64,000 nucleotides of DNA from an uncultured delta proteobacterium (GCA_963696385.1 CAVOKF010000001.1:348024-412023), one strand, 5' to 3'; counted from the stretch's first letter, positions 30,696 through 41,452 are shown. The notes: a model not told the origin generated them from the letters alone. Numbers and translations: made by a program.

Positions 30696-32609
30696 CTATG
30701 CGACCCGGCCGACGGCGTCCTGCTCCGACGCCACGGCCTCGCCGCTGTTGGGTGCGCCCTGGCCCCGTTCATAAGCCGCGTGAATTTCGGCGTAGAAGCC
30801 ACCGCGCGCCAGAAGCTCGTCGTGCGAGCCGAGCTCACACAGCTGACCATTGCGGATGACGGCAATGCGGTCGGCGTCGCGGATCGTCGCCAACCGATGT
30901 GCAATGACGAGCGCGGTGCGGCTGGCGCACAGCTCTCGAAGCGCTTGTTGGATGCGTCGTTCGGTCTGCACGTCAATCGCGGACGTGGCCTCGTCGAGCA
31001 CGAGCACGGCGGGGTCGGACAGGTAGGCCCTCACGAGGCAAACGATTTGGCGTTGTCCGTGACTGAGGTTTGCCCCAAGCGGGCCCACCTCGGTGTGGTA
31101 GCCGTTGGGCAGCCGACGCAAGAGCTCGTCGACACGCAGCTTGCGCGCGGCTTCAACGACTTCGGCGTCGGTCGCCCCGGGAGCCCCGAGCTTGAGGTTG
31201 TCGAGGACCGTGCCGCTGAAGAGGACGTTGTCCTGCAAGACCACACCGACGTGCCGGCGCAAATGGTGCTGGGCCAGATCTCGGATGTCGACCCCATCGA
31301 GCCGCACGGCGCCCTCTTGCGGCTCGTAGAACCGAGTCAGAAGCTGCATGAGCGTGCTCTTGCCGTGACCGGTGGGCCCGACGATCGCGACACGCTCTCC
31401 CGGCTGCACGCGGAGCGACAAATCTCGGATCACAGGGCCGCGTCGCTTCGCATCGTAGGCAAACGTCACACGATCGAACTCGACCTCTCCACGCACCTGT
31501 GCGATTTGGAGCGGTTCGGCGCGGTCGACAATCTCGGGCATCGTGTCGAGCAGAAGAAAAATTCGCTGGGCTACCGCCGTGCCTGCGGCGTAGCGCTCGA
31601 ACAGGTCCCCGAGCTCCTGAAGGGGACCGAGAAACAGGTAAATGTAGAACAGGGCCGCGGCAAACTGACCCAACGATATGCCGCCCAACGCCATCATCCG
31701 ACTTCCGACGACGACGACGATCGCCATTCCGCAGGTTGCCAAGACCCCCGTGAACGGCGGAAACCAGCTCGTTTTTACGTTGCCGCGGATGAGCGTCCAC
31801 GTGAAGTCGTTCAGCAGCGTCTGGTAGCGCCCGCGATTCAGGTCTTCTCGCCCGGTCTGTTGGAGCACACGGACCCCGTTGACCGATTCGACGAGGTGCG
31901 ACGTGAATCGACTGCGACGCTCCGCCACCCGGCCCCAGTTTCGGGACGCGAGCCGATGAAACAACCAGATCGCCGGGGCGAGCAGGGGCACGAGGCAAGC
32001 CACCCCCCAGAAGAGGCCGGGCGCGATCGAGTAGAGCAGCGCTCCGGACACGGCACAGCGCAGGACCGCCGAGAGCAGCTCGGGAGGGCCCTGGATGAGC
32101 AGCGGCTCGAGCGTATCCACGTCGCGATCGGCGCGCGAGACGATCCGGCCCAATTTCGTCCTGTCGAAATAGCGAATGCTGAGCGTCTGAACGTGCGCGA
32201 ACACCTGGCGCCGTAGCTCGTTCAATACACGGATCGCCGCGCGGCCTGCGATGAACTGGCTGACGCCGGAAAGTGCAAATCGCGCCGCCCAGGTCAAGGC
32301 GAGAGCCAGGATCATCGCGCCCAACAAGCGAGGATCCGTCTTCCAACCCCTCGCGCCGTGCGAGAGCCCGTGGTCGATCGCTTCGCGAAGGATCCAGGGC
32401 CGGAGAAAGACCGTGACGACGATGACGCACTCGATCGCGATGACCGTCGCCACGTGGCCGCCCACCGGACGCAGCAGCGGCGTCATCCGGCGGAACATGT
32501 TGCGATCGAGAACCGTTTGCGCAAGCTCCTGCTCGATCGCCAGATCGCCGTGTGCCTTGTCGTTGGCAATCGCTTCGCGCGAACGATTGGTGGGGTCAAG
32601 CCGCGGCAT
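30696..32609 (-). CDS. Type IV ABC half-transporter (non-consensus signature)
   Basis: GPTGHGKS, LSHGQ, VLDEAT. Confidence 0.92.
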   Translation of the reverse strand: MPRLDPTNRSREAIANDKAHGDLAIEQELAQTVLDRNMFRRMTPLLRPVGGHVATVIAIECVIVVTVFLRPWILREAIDHGLSHGARGWKTDPRLLGAMILALALTWAARFALSGVSQFIAGRAAIRVLNELRRQVFAHVQTLSIRYFDRTKLGRIVSRADRDVDTLEPLLIQGPPELLSAVLRCAVSGALLYSIAPGLFWGVACLVPLLAPAIWLFHRLASRNWGRVAERRSRFTSHLVESVNGVRVLQQTGREDLNRGRYQTLLNDFTWTLIRGNVKTSWFPPFTGVLATCGMAIVVVVGSRMMALGGISLGQFAAALFYIYLFLGPLQELGDLFERYAAGTAVAQRIFLLLDTMPEIVDRAEPLQIAQVRGEVEFDRVTFAYDAKRRGPVIRDLSLRVQPGERVAIVGPTGHGKSTLMQLLTRFYEPQEGAVRLDGVDIRDLAQHHLRRHVGVVLQDNVLFSGTVLDNLKLGAPGATDAEVVEAARKLRVDELLRRLPNGYHTEVGPLGANLSHGQRQIVCLVRAYLSDPAVLVLDEATSAIDVQTERRIQQALRELCASRTALVIAHRLATIRDADRIAVIRNGQLCELGSHDELLARGGFYAEIHAAYERGQGAPNSGEAVASEQDAVGRVA

Positions 32610-34506
32610 CTTCGATTCCAAGGAGCTCGCGATAGTCGGGGCTCTTTCGCGACAGCTCGGCGTGCGTCCCGGCGGCGACGATGCGACCGCTGGCGAGCAC
32701 GACGATGCGGTCGGCGAACATCGCCGTCGAAGGCTTGCTCGCGACGATCAGCATGGTGGTGGGAACACCGGTCGCCGTACCGAGATTTCTGACGTTGTGA
32801 AGAATCCTCTGTTCGGTGATCGCATCGAGCGCGCTCGTGGAGTCGTCCAGGATGAGGATCGAAGGCCTGGCGAGCAGCGCTCTCGCAAGCGCGATCCGCT
32901 GCCGCTGCCCGCCCGAAAGCGTCACCCCGCGATCGCCGATCACCGTGTCGAGGCCGTCCGGCAGATTGCGCAGCACATCTTCGGCCGCGGCGAGCCGCAA
33001 GGCCTCGCGCACTTCGTCGTCGGAAGCGACGGTGCGGCCCATGCGCACGTTGGCCGCGAGCGTGTCGGAGAAAAGAAAGCAATCCTGGGACGCCACGTGG
33101 ACTCGGCGCCGCAGATCGTGCAGGTCGAGCGAGCGAACGTCCAAGAAGCCGCCGGCCTCGGAGCCGATGCGAACGTCGCCGGACTGTGGATCGAGAAGTC
33201 GCGGGAGCAGGGCCGCCAGGGTGCTCTTTCCGGAGCCGGTTGCCCCGACCAGCGCCAAGGTCTCGCCCGGGTACAGCGTCAGCGAGCAGGATCGCAAGAC
33301 GTCCTCGCCTTGGCCACCGCCCGAGACGCGCACGTCCTGCAGCCGCGCGCCGAGCGGACCGGCAGGCAGCACGCGATCGCCGGATGCGATGGGCGTGTCG
33401 GCGTCGAGCAAGTCCATAATTCGGGCCGCCGACGACCGCGCGTCGGCGAAGACCTGGATGATGCGCCCGATGCCTTCGATGCGAAAAATGAGGGTATTCA
33501 TCGCAAGCAGGGAGGCGACCAGTTCCCCGACGGTGAGCCGGCCGCGGCCGACGAGCGAGGCACCCATCGCAAACACCCAGACCTGACCGAGCGCCACGAC
33601 GGTCTGGGGCACGGGAACTCTCGAGGCCGAGTAGCGAAGCGCCCCGACCGCGCGGGACGCAAACGTGGACACGAGACCCTTCAAGCGCTCGATACGGGAC
33701 GACTCGAGGCGAAAGGCCTTGATGACGCGCACTCCACCGACGCCCTCGAGCAGATCCTGGCTCACCGCGTCGTACGCGTCGCTCACGGCGCGATCCAGCC
33801 CGACCAGACGGTCGGCGACGCGAGCGAAAATCGCGATGCCCACGGCGGTCAGGGCGAGCGGCACGACGGCGAGCAGGGGGCTATACCAGGCAAGGACGGC
33901 GAGGGACGCGACGATGACCATCGCGGTCTCGATGACGTTACGCCAGAAGCTGACGAGGGCGTCACGCACCTTGTCGGCGTCGCGCGTCGTGCGCGCGACC
34001 ATCTCGCCGGCGCCATGGCGCAGGTGGTAGCCGACGTCGAGCCGCTGCACTTGGACGAGGATCGAGTCGCGAAGTCGAAACAGCAGCTCCTGACCCGTCA
34101 TGAGAGAGACGATGCCGGCGACGTACTGCAAGAGCGCGCGGGCGGCCGCCACGCCGATCAGCACCCCGGCCCACACGTAGGCGCGCGTGAGGTCGACGTG
34201 TGTCGCGCCGGTCCGGACGGCGGCGCGCCCGTGCTCGACGTCATTGACGGCGCACCCGACCAGGTATTGGTAGAGGGTCAGGCTGGCGTTGACCACCAGG
34301 AAAAGCCCGAAAGCCGCCGCGAATCGCCACGGCATCGTCCGGTAGATCGCCAGACAGCGGAGCAGCGGGTGGGCCGTGCGTACGCCAGGGCGCCGCACCA
34401 TCGAAACCGCTGCCGTGGTGGGGCCGACCGAGACGGCGGACGCCGTGAACGCGGCGTCGCGTGGGCGGCTTCGCGCCGCCCCGCCCGGGCTGCTTTGGGC
34501 CGACAT
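32596..34506 (-). CDS. Type IV ABC half-transporter (degenerate Walker B and H-switch)
   Basis: GATGSGKS, LSGGQ, ILDDST, VASK; GAGGAG RBS before MSAQ. Confidence 0.92.
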   Translation of the reverse strand: MSAQSSPGGAARSRPRDAAFTASAVSVGPTTAAVSMVRRPGVRTAHPLLRCLAIYRTMPWRFAAAFGLFLVVNASLTLYQYLVGCAVNDVEHGRAAVRTGATHVDLTRAYVWAGVLIGVAAARALLQYVAGIVSLMTGQELLFRLRDSILVQVQRLDVGYHLRHGAGEMVARTTRDADKVRDALVSFWRNVIETAMVIVASLAVLAWYSPLLAVVPLALTAVGIAIFARVADRLVGLDRAVSDAYDAVSQDLLEGVGGVRVIKAFRLESSRIERLKGLVSTFASRAVGALRYSASRVPVPQTVVALGQVWVFAMGASLVGRGRLTVGELVASLLAMNTLIFRIEGIGRIIQVFADARSSAARIMDLLDADTPIASGDRVLPAGPLGARLQDVRVSGGGQGEDVLRSCSLTLYPGETLALVGATGSGKSTLAALLPRLLDPQSGDVRIGSEAGGFLDVRSLDLHDLRRRVHVASQDCFLFSDTLAANVRMGRTVASDDEVREALRLAAAEDVLRNLPDGLDTVIGDRGVTLSGGQRQRIALARALLARPSILILDDSTSALDAITEQRILHNVRNLGTATGVPTTMLIVASKPSTAMFADRIVVLASGRIVAAGTHAELSRKSPDYRELLGIEDAAA

Positions 34507-34542
34507 GGGTGTCTCCTCGAGCCGGATTGCGTGTGGGAGCAA

Positions 34543-34950
34543 CTATTCGTTCAGGGTCACGACCGAGAGCTTCGACACACCGGCGCGATCGACAGCGGCC
34601 ATGACCTTCGCCACGAGTCCATAATTGGACGATTCGTCGGCGCTCAGATGAACCGCGAGATCCGGCTGGGCGCCGTGCAGCGCCTTGAGCTCCGACTCGA
34701 TGCGGGCCAGGGACGTTTCGGTCTTGTCCACGTAGACGCGACCTTGGGCATCGACGCTGAGTGTGACGGCTTTCTTCGTTTCGATCGGGGCGGTCGTCGC
34801 GGTTTTGGGCAACTGCACCTTGATGGCGTTCGCCAGGAGAGGAGCGGTCACGATGAAGACGACGAGCAACACGAGCATGACGTCGACAAGGGGAGTGACG
34901 TTGATCTCGCTCATCACGTCGTCGGCGTCGCCTTGGGTCTGGATGACCAT
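34543..34950 (-). CDS. exbD: Biopolymer transporter ExbD
   Basis: SEINVTPLVDVMLVLLVVFIVTAP. Confidence 0.95.
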   Translation of the reverse strand: MVIQTQGDADDVMSEINVTPLVDVMLVLLVVFIVTAPLLANAIKVQLPKTATTAPIETKKAVTLSVDAQGRVYVDKTETSLARIESELKALHGAQPDLAVHLSADESSNYGLVAKVMAAVDRAGVSKLSVVTLNE

Positions 34951-35666
34951 CAGGCGCTCGCCGCGCGACTGCGGATCGCGATGGCCGGGTTCGACGGCCG
35001 TTCGGAGTCCGACGCCTTGTCGACCAGAGCACTCACGATGGCGGTATTGACGAGCGTGTTGGCGAAATCCTCGAGATCGGAGGTGAGGCCCTTCAGCCGA
35101 CGGACGAAGTAGTTGTAGGCCAGAACCGCCGGCACAGCGACCGCGATGCCGATTGCCGTGGCCACCAGAGCTTCGCCGATCGGCCCCGCCACCACCTCGA
35201 GGCTGGCCGATCCGGCGCCGCTGATCCGCTGAAGCGCGTGGATGATGCCGAGCACGGTACCGAAGAGACCGACGAACGGCGCGGTGGCCCCAATGCTCGC
35301 CAGAACCGGCAAGGCCGACTCGACCGTGTGCTTCTCGCGCTGGATCTGCTGACGCAGGCTTCGTTCGAGAACGTCCTTGCGCACGTCGAACGCCGCGCGG
35401 TCATTCCTGATCGGCTCGGAGCCGTCCCCCCAGGCCTCGACGCCTGCCAACGCGACCCGCGCCATCGGTCCGGCGTGCTTGGTGAGCTGCTCGACCGCCG
35501 GGAGGCGCGAGACCTTCCCGAACACCCGCGCAAACAAGCGGTTCTGCCGAGCGATGCGCCCGTTCTGGAGCGCCTTGACAATCACGAGCGCCCACGTGAG
35601 CGCGGAGGCCACCAGCAGGAGGACGAACGTTGCTTTGACAACGACGAAAGTCACAGAATCGGACAT
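34950..35666 (-). CDS. exbB: MotA/TolQ/ExbB proton channel protein
   Basis: TAPFVGLFGTVLGI, IGEALVATAIGIAVAVPA. Confidence 0.94.
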   Translation of the reverse strand: MSDSVTFVVVKATFVLLLVASALTWALVIVKALQNGRIARQNRLFARVFGKVSRLPAVEQLTKHAGPMARVALAGVEAWGDGSEPIRNDRAAFDVRKDVLERSLRQQIQREKHTVESALPVLASIGATAPFVGLFGTVLGIIHALQRISGAGSASLEVVAGPIGEALVATAIGIAVAVPAVLAYNYFVRRLKGLTSDLEDFANTLVNTAIVSALVDKASDSERPSNPAIAIRSRAASA

Positions 35667-35685
35667 GGTGTGATTGCTCCCACGC

Positions 35686-36468
35686 TTATTGCAAATGAAA
35701 CTCGATCGGAACCGTGACCCACCCCATGACGGGTTGGCCACCTTGGGTGGCTGGAACGAAGGTCCAGAGCTTGACCGCCTCGAGTGCCGCCTCGTCGAGA
35801 ACGTCGTGGCCACTCGATGTCTGCACCGTGACGTCTCCGGCGCGGCCCGTCGCGGCGACCCGGACCCGCAGGAACACGGTGCCCTGCCAATTCTCCCGTT
35901 TCGCCAAATGGGGGTAAGCCGGACGCGGATTCTTGAGATAGTTCGCCCCCTCCTTTGCCTGCACGATCGGAGGAGGAGGCGCGGGCGGAGCTGGGGCTGC
36001 GACGACGACCGGCGCGGGCTCGGCGGCCGCGGGCGGAAGATCCCCATCATCGGCTGCCGGAGCGACGACGTCCGACAGGGCCTCGGGGGGGCGATCCGCT
36101 GGCTTGCTGGTCGCCGGCCGAGGAGTCGGCGGTACCGTGAATGGGGGGGCGGGCTTGGGCGGAGCCGTGGCCTGCGGAGGCACGACCACGGGAGTCGGCG
36201 GCGGCGGAGGCCGCACCATCTCGATCTCGATCTGCGAGGGCACGGCGCGACGCACGCCGTGCGACGTCACGGACGCAAGGCGCAGGGCAATGGCCGCATG
36301 CACGAAAATAGAGGCGGCGAAGACGAAAGGAAATGCTCGCCGCGCGAGATCGGGCACCGCCTCGGCAAACGCGGATCCAACGGCCCCATCGGGAGACCGC
36401 GCCGCGGCCAAGACGGCCTCGAGCGGGACGACGGGGATACCCGACCGGCCTGCCTTGTCTTGGAACAT
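35686..36468 (-). CDS. tonB: Energy transducer TonB (start 36468-36570)
   Basis: TM segment with SxxxH, Pro-rich linker, PAYP...SSG..LDEAA..AV..W.F.PA. Confidence 0.92.
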   Translation of the reverse strand: MFQDKAGRSGIPVVPLEAVLAAARSPDGAVGSAFAEAVPDLARRAFPFVFAASIFVHAAIALRLASVTSHGVRRAVPSQIEIEMVRPPPPPTPVVVPPQATAPPKPAPPFTVPPTPRPATSKPADRPPEALSDVVAPAADDGDLPPAAAEPAPVVVAAPAPPAPPPPIVQAKEGANYLKNPRPAYPHLAKRENWQGTVFLRVRVAATGRAGDVTVQTSSGHDVLDEAALEAVKLWTFVPATQGGQPVMGWVTVPIEFHLQ

Positions 36469-36570
36469 CGGGTTTTCCTGGTAGGCGGAGCGGTGCCGGT
36501 CCCCCCCGTCCCCGCGGGGTGACACCGAGTCATCGATTGGATGAACCGTGGGCATTGTGGCCCTACCCAT

Positions 36571-36606
36571 CTTCCGAGTCAAGGACAATGGTCTACTATA
36601 GCAGAC
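36571..36606. promoter_or_regulatory. GTCY-N8-RGAC box upstream of tonB
   Basis: GTCTACTATAGCAGAC at 36591; half-site ending GGAC 20 bp earlier. Confidence 0.7.
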
Positions 36607-36653
36607 ATTCGCCCGGGGGCCGTGGCTTCGGCCCCCGAGGTCCCGTGTCGACG

Positions 36654-37719
36654 TCAAGGGTTCGCGACGGCACCCTCGACGGAGGCTTTTCGCCCTTGTT
36701 GCCCGATCGCTTTCTTGGCCGCGGCGAGCGGGCGAGGATCGATCCAGCTGCGCACGTCGAAATGGGCGGGCAAAAACCCGTGATCGAACAGGAAGGTGGT
36801 GAAGTCGGCGAGTGCCTCGATCGACGACTCGTCCAGGTCCGTCTTCAAGTGGGTGTTCGCGTCGTTGCCGTACGCGAGACGCACCCAGCGGTCCGAGGAA
36901 CCCGTTTCACGAGCCAGGTAGGCGATCGCATCGTCGGCGTGGTCTTCGGCCCAGAGCCCTGCGAGCACGACTCGGCGGATGACGCGCGCCACGATGTCCG
37001 GGTGGTCGTCCAACAGATGGGCGTCGACCGTCAATGTCCGCGGCGAGTGGTTGTTCGCGCGAGCGCGCGGATCCGGATGATTCCATACATCGAAGACCAC
37101 GTGCGCGCCGATGGCGTCCGCGACTTCGAGGCCCCGCGACCCCTTGTGGAAGATGACGTCGACGTCACCGGTCTTCAAGGCTTGCACCTCCAACAAGCGG
37201 TCGGCGCCGGGACCCTGCCCGAGCTGCCCAGGGCGATCGAACGAGGTCTCGGGGCGCGGGATCTCGACGAGCTCCACGTCATTTTCCGTGAGCCCTTCGA
37301 GCCCGAGGGCAACGATGTACGCGCGCAGCGTCGTCGCCTTCCAGAAGTCGATGCTGTCGTTCGGACGCGTGGCGATGCCGAGCCGACGGCCTTTGAGGTC
37401 TTTGATCGTCCGGATCTTCGATTCGGGCAGCGAGAGAATCACCTGGGACTCGTCGGTCCACGTCAGACCGACCAGCCGCGTCTGTCGGCCCGCTGCGCGC
37501 GCCCAGAATCGCCGGAATGCTGCCGCCCTGCCGAAACGAGTTGTCCAGGTTGTGATCGAAGTGCGACGCGCGCACCGACCGGTCGCCGCTGTCGCGAACG
37601 GAGGCGAGCCGGATGCCATCCTTGGCGAACTCCTCCTCAATCCAGCCGAGCTGCACTGCAATCCCTACAGGGGTCGGCACGGGGCAACGGGTATACCAAA
37701 GCGTCTCGAGCTTGCTCAT
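36654..37719 (-). CDS. DszB-like protein 2 (+1 frameshift at 37506-37510, probably an artefact)
   Basis: LWYTRCPVPT, HFDH, FRQGGSIPA / WARAAGRQTRLVGLTW; removing one base rejoins the two frames. Confidence 0.8.
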
Positions 37720-37768
37720 GGTCATCTCCTTGAGTGAGTGCCTCACCCGAACACGAGCCGAGGGCATT

Positions 37769-37784
37769 GTCCATCTTAGGAGAC
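37769..37784. promoter_or_regulatory. GTCY-N8-RGAC box
   Basis: GTCCATCTTAGGAGAC. Confidence 0.7.
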
Positions 37785-37870
37785 ACACGAGCACTTGAAT
37801 GACGACCGATTTCCCGCCTCGCACAACGGCCGTGCCTCGCGCAAGCGGGCGGAACCGGCGGCCCCTACAA

Positions 37871-37886
37871 GTCTTTTATCGTAGAC
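37871..37886. promoter_or_regulatory. GTCY-N8-RGAC box
   Basis: GTCTTTTATCGTAGAC. Confidence 0.65.
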
Positions 37887-37970
37887 GTTACCGCGCCTTT
37901 TGCCAGAGTTCGCGCTCATCCCGCGCAGGCCGGGCGGGTGACGCGGCCCCGAGCCGCGTCGTCCGAGACG

Positions 37971-39080
37971 TCATCGACCGAGCCAGTAGCCGCGCAGGCC
38001 GAGATCGTCGATCGCTGCCAGGACGAACCGGTCGTCGTAGCAGTCTCGGAAATCGAACGTGTGATCGATCATTCGCTTGTCCGCCGCGTAGGCGATGGCC
38101 TTCTGGTAGTGACTGAGGACGGGCGCGGCGAACAACGGCGACCACCGCTCGCGCCAGGAGCCCGTCTCGTACTCGCGCCGGACCACACTCGCCGGAGTGC
38201 CGTTGCGCGTTGCGGACTGGATCATCGCTTCTCGGTTTTCGTCTTTGGACTCCCACGCGCTCGCTTTAACGTAGGCGGTAGCGACGAGCTGCGTGAGATC
38301 CGGATGGCGATCCACGAAGTCTGCGGCCGCCCAAAGGCCGCCCAGCATCTTCCAGTCGAGCGGCGCGTCGGCCGTCGACCAGAGGATCTTGCCAACCCCC
38401 TTGTCCACCAGGATGAATGCGCTACTGGTCGTGCAGAGCGCATCCACTTTGCGGGCGGCCAGGGCGGCCGCGCCGGCTTCGGGGTTCAGGTTGAGGACCG
38501 TGAAGTCCGCGTACGTGAGACCCGCCGAGTCGACGAGCCTCGCGAAGGGTAGCTCCCAGGGCCGCCCTCGATGGATCGCGATGCGCTGGCCCTTGAGGTC
38601 CGCTATCGACTTCGCCGTCGAGTCGGGTGGGACGACCAGGTACGCGTCGCTGCCCCGCCCACTCGGAACGATGAGCTTCGTGTGCACGCCCGCGGCGTTG
38701 GCAATGATTGACGGAAGCTCGCCGTAGCCCGCGAAGTCGATGCTGTGGTTGGCGAATGCCTCGTTGGTCATCGGACCGACGTTGGCGTTCGGCATCGGCA
38801 CCCACTCGAGCCGGGCGTTTCGCTTCGCCAGCTCGCGCTCAAGCCACCCGTCCTCGACCACGAGTGCGGGCGCTCCGGTCAGGCTCGGCAAGCTGCTCGT
38901 GTTCCCCGTCGAGGTCGGCGAACCGCCTGCAAGGGAGCCGACGTACGCAATCCGGACGACCCGGCCGGCAGGCCTCGCCCACGGTTTGCGCACGAACGCG
39001 GTCAGCAAGCCCACCGCCACGACCGCGGCAGCGCCGATCACGGCGGCCCGGCGCAGGACGCCCCTTTTCTCGCTGTTCAC
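37971..39080 (-). CDS. SsuA-like ABC substrate-binding protein
   Basis: RR plus hydrophobic leader; IDFAGYGELPS; KSIADLKGQRIA. Confidence 0.88.
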   Translation of the reverse strand: MNSEKRGVLRRAAVIGAAAVVAVGLLTAFVRKPWARPAGRVVRIAYVGSLAGGSPTSTGNTSSLPSLTGAPALVVEDGWLERELAKRNARLEWVPMPNANVGPMTNEAFANHSIDFAGYGELPSIIANAAGVHTKLIVPSGRGSDAYLVVPPDSTAKSIADLKGQRIAIHRGRPWELPFARLVDSAGLTYADFTVLNLNPEAGAAALAARKVDALCTTSSAFILVDKGVGKILWSTADAPLDWKMLGGLWAAADFVDRHPDLTQLVATAYVKASAWESKDENREAMIQSATRNGTPASVVRREYETGSWRERWSPLFAAPVLSHYQKAIAYAADKRMIDHTFDFRDCYDDRFVLAAIDDLGLRGYWLGR

Positions 39081-40219
39081 TCGGCGCTCGCTCGGACCAC
39101 GGTCGCGCCCCGTACGAGCGGCAGGACCTCCTCACCCACGCGAAGGGCCTCTTCGAGAGCCGGCGTGCTCGACAGGATGAAGCCCTCGACCCCGGCCCGG
39201 ATGTACCCGTCGATGCACTCGGCGGCCTGCTCGTAGCTTCCGACGAAGCCCAGGGGAGAGCCCTGGCTGAGAAGGGTGCCGAACCCGGCCCAAAGGTTCT
39301 CGACGACCAGGTCCTCGACTTTTTGGCCGCGCTTGGGCGGGGCCCGGAAGGAACCGACGGCGTCCCCTGCCCCGCGCCGCCGGGCGCGCGCTTCGTGCGC
39401 GTCCCAATCCACCTGGGCCCAGGCACGGCGCACCTCGGCCCACGCCTCCTCGGGCGTCCGCCGCGCCAGGATGTTGAATCGCACGGCCGGCTTGACGTTG
39501 CGTCCGTCTTTGGAGGCCAGTTCCTTTACCCGCGCGAATTTCTTTCGAAGGTTGTCGAAGGGCTCGAGGTGAGTGAGGTCGTAATCGGCGTGCTTGCCCT
39601 GAGCGGCCAACGCCGCATCCGACGAACCAACGAAGTAAAGCTCCGGCCAGACCTGTCCGGCGAGAGGCGGAGGCAGCCGCGCGTCCTCGACCTGGAAAAA
39701 CTTGCCTTGGTAGCTGAAGGAGGCACCGTTCCAGACCCCCTTGAACACATCGAGGAATTCCGTCGTCCGGACGTAACGGTCGTCGTGCGCAATGCGGTCC
39801 CCCCACCAGAGCTGCTGGGGGCCGCCCCCGCCTGTAATGATGTTGAAGAGCAGTCGACCTCCCGAAAGGCGTTGCAAGCTCGCCGAGGCCTTTGCGGCGT
39901 AGAGCGGATCGAACCACATCGGCTGGTACGCGATCATGAAACGGAGCGTCTTCGTGTAGCGCGCGACCGACGATGCGATGACCCATGGGTCCTCGGAGTC
40001 GGGGAACGACGGAATGAGCGCGCCGTCGAAGCCGGCGATCTCGGCGGACTTCGCCACCTCGAGGAGATAGTCGTGGTACGGCTTGCCGTCGGGCTCTCCG
40101 CCGACGAGCCCCGGGGTCTGATTGCCCTCGAGAAGGGGCCCCCACGTCCCGCGCGTGTAGGTCGGCTTCGCCAGATCGGCCTTGTCCCCGTGCACGGGGA
40201 TTCTCCAATGAAATTGCAT
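39077..40219 (-). CDS. LLM monooxygenase, SsuD-like
   Basis: WRIPVHGD, AEIAGFDGALIP, EDPW, RLSGGRLLFNIITG, NLWAG, LEEALRVGE. Confidence 0.9.
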   Translation of the reverse strand: MQFHWRIPVHGDKADLAKPTYTRGTWGPLLEGNQTPGLVGGEPDGKPYHDYLLEVAKSAEIAGFDGALIPSFPDSEDPWVIASSVARYTKTLRFMIAYQPMWFDPLYAAKASASLQRLSGGRLLFNIITGGGGPQQLWWGDRIAHDDRYVRTTEFLDVFKGVWNGASFSYQGKFFQVEDARLPPPLAGQVWPELYFVGSSDAALAAQGKHADYDLTHLEPFDNLRKKFARVKELASKDGRNVKPAVRFNILARRTPEEAWAEVRRAWAQVDWDAHEARARRRGAGDAVGSFRAPPKRGQKVEDLVVENLWAGFGTLLSQGSPLGFVGSYEQAAECIDGYIRAGVEGFILSSTPALEEALRVGEEVLPLVRGATVVRASAE

Positions 40220-40244
40220 GGGTTTCTCCGGTAGGAATGTCGCC

Positions 40245-41364
40245 TCAAACGGCCCGACGCGAGACTTCCGAAGTTCGGGCCCGGACGAGCGGGAGGAGCT
40301 GTTCGCCGATCCGGTATGCCTCTTCGAGGTGCGGGTTGGCGGAGAGGACGAAGGTCGACACCCCCGCCTTCACGTACTCGGCAACGGAGTCCGCGAGAAT
40401 CGACGTATCCCCCGACGAAGCCTACCGAAGGCCCCGGTCGCACCCGCCCGAACCCGGACCACAGATGCGTGCCGATGACCCGATCGTCGAACTCACGCGG
40501 CGACCCGACCGGCGCGACCGCAGCCGAGATGGGCACGGTCTTGTCGGTCGCGTCCTGCCACTCGCGGCGGACGTCGTGCCACGCCTCGTCGCTCGACGGC
40601 CGAGCGACCACGTCGGCCTCGATGCCGTAGCGGAGCGTCCGACCGTGCGCGGCCGCCAAGCGATCGATCTCGGCGATGCGCGCACGCACCGACTCGACCG
40701 GGCCGAGCGGCAGGATGTGCACGTCGGCGTGGCGCGCGCTGACCGCGAGCGCATCGTCCGGCCCGTCCGAAAGATACACGCGCGGGAACGCCTCGCCCTG
40801 GAGCGCCGCCGCGAAGCCGCCGTCTTGGACCTCGTAGTAGCGGCCCTTGTACGTAAACGGCGGCTCTGTCCAGAAGCCGCGGGCGAGGTCGAGAAGCTCG
40901 CTCGTCCGTGCGATTTGCTCGGCGACGCTCCACCTTCGCCCGTGCCACGGACGCGTCCCCTGATCGTCCTCCGTCGCGAGGTGCCAAGCCAGACGGCCCC
41001 CGCTCAAGCGTTGGAAGCTGACGGCGATCTTCGCGGCGTACACGGCCGAGATCAACGGCGCTCGGAGCGACGGGACGAATGTCAAACGGCGCACCTCGCG
41101 GGCGAGCGAACCCGCGACGACGAGCGGCTCTTCGCCCGCGGGGCTCTGCGGGATCCAGAGGCCGTCGAGGCCCGTGAGCTCCGCGGCCCGCGCGATCTGC
41201 GACAGCTGGTCGTAATACGTGTAGCCGTCTCGCTGCACGCCGGTCCGGGCATAGGGGTGCGGCAGTTTCCGATCGGGCGAATAGTCTCCTCGCGTCCACC
41301 GATCCGCACGGATCGCGCGCCCGTCCCCGGAGGGAGGCAAGCGCCAGAGCACTTCGATCGTCAC
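40245..41364 (-). CDS. Second, divergent SsuD-like LLM protein (+1 frameshift at 40397-40401, probably an artefact)
   Basis: WRLPPSGD...RLSGGRL...HLWSG; corrected frame continues NPHLEEAYRIGEQLLP to a stop at 40245. Confidence 0.82.
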
Positions 41365-41436
41365 GGCATCACTCCGGAATCACGCAGCAGACGCTCCGCT
41401 GCGCCGCTGAGGTTTCCACCGCTCTAGCATCCATGT

Positions 41437-41452
41437 GTCTCCAATACCAGAC
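41437..41452. promoter_or_regulatory. GTCY-N8-RGAC box upstream of the LLM pair
   Basis: GTCTCCAATACCAGAC. Confidence 0.7.

Noticed and set aside
30594..35112. Long + strand ORFs (540 aa and 953 aa) and similar antisense ORFs elsewhere
   Set aside because: Shadows of well-supported opposite-strand genes in high-GC DNA; no motifs
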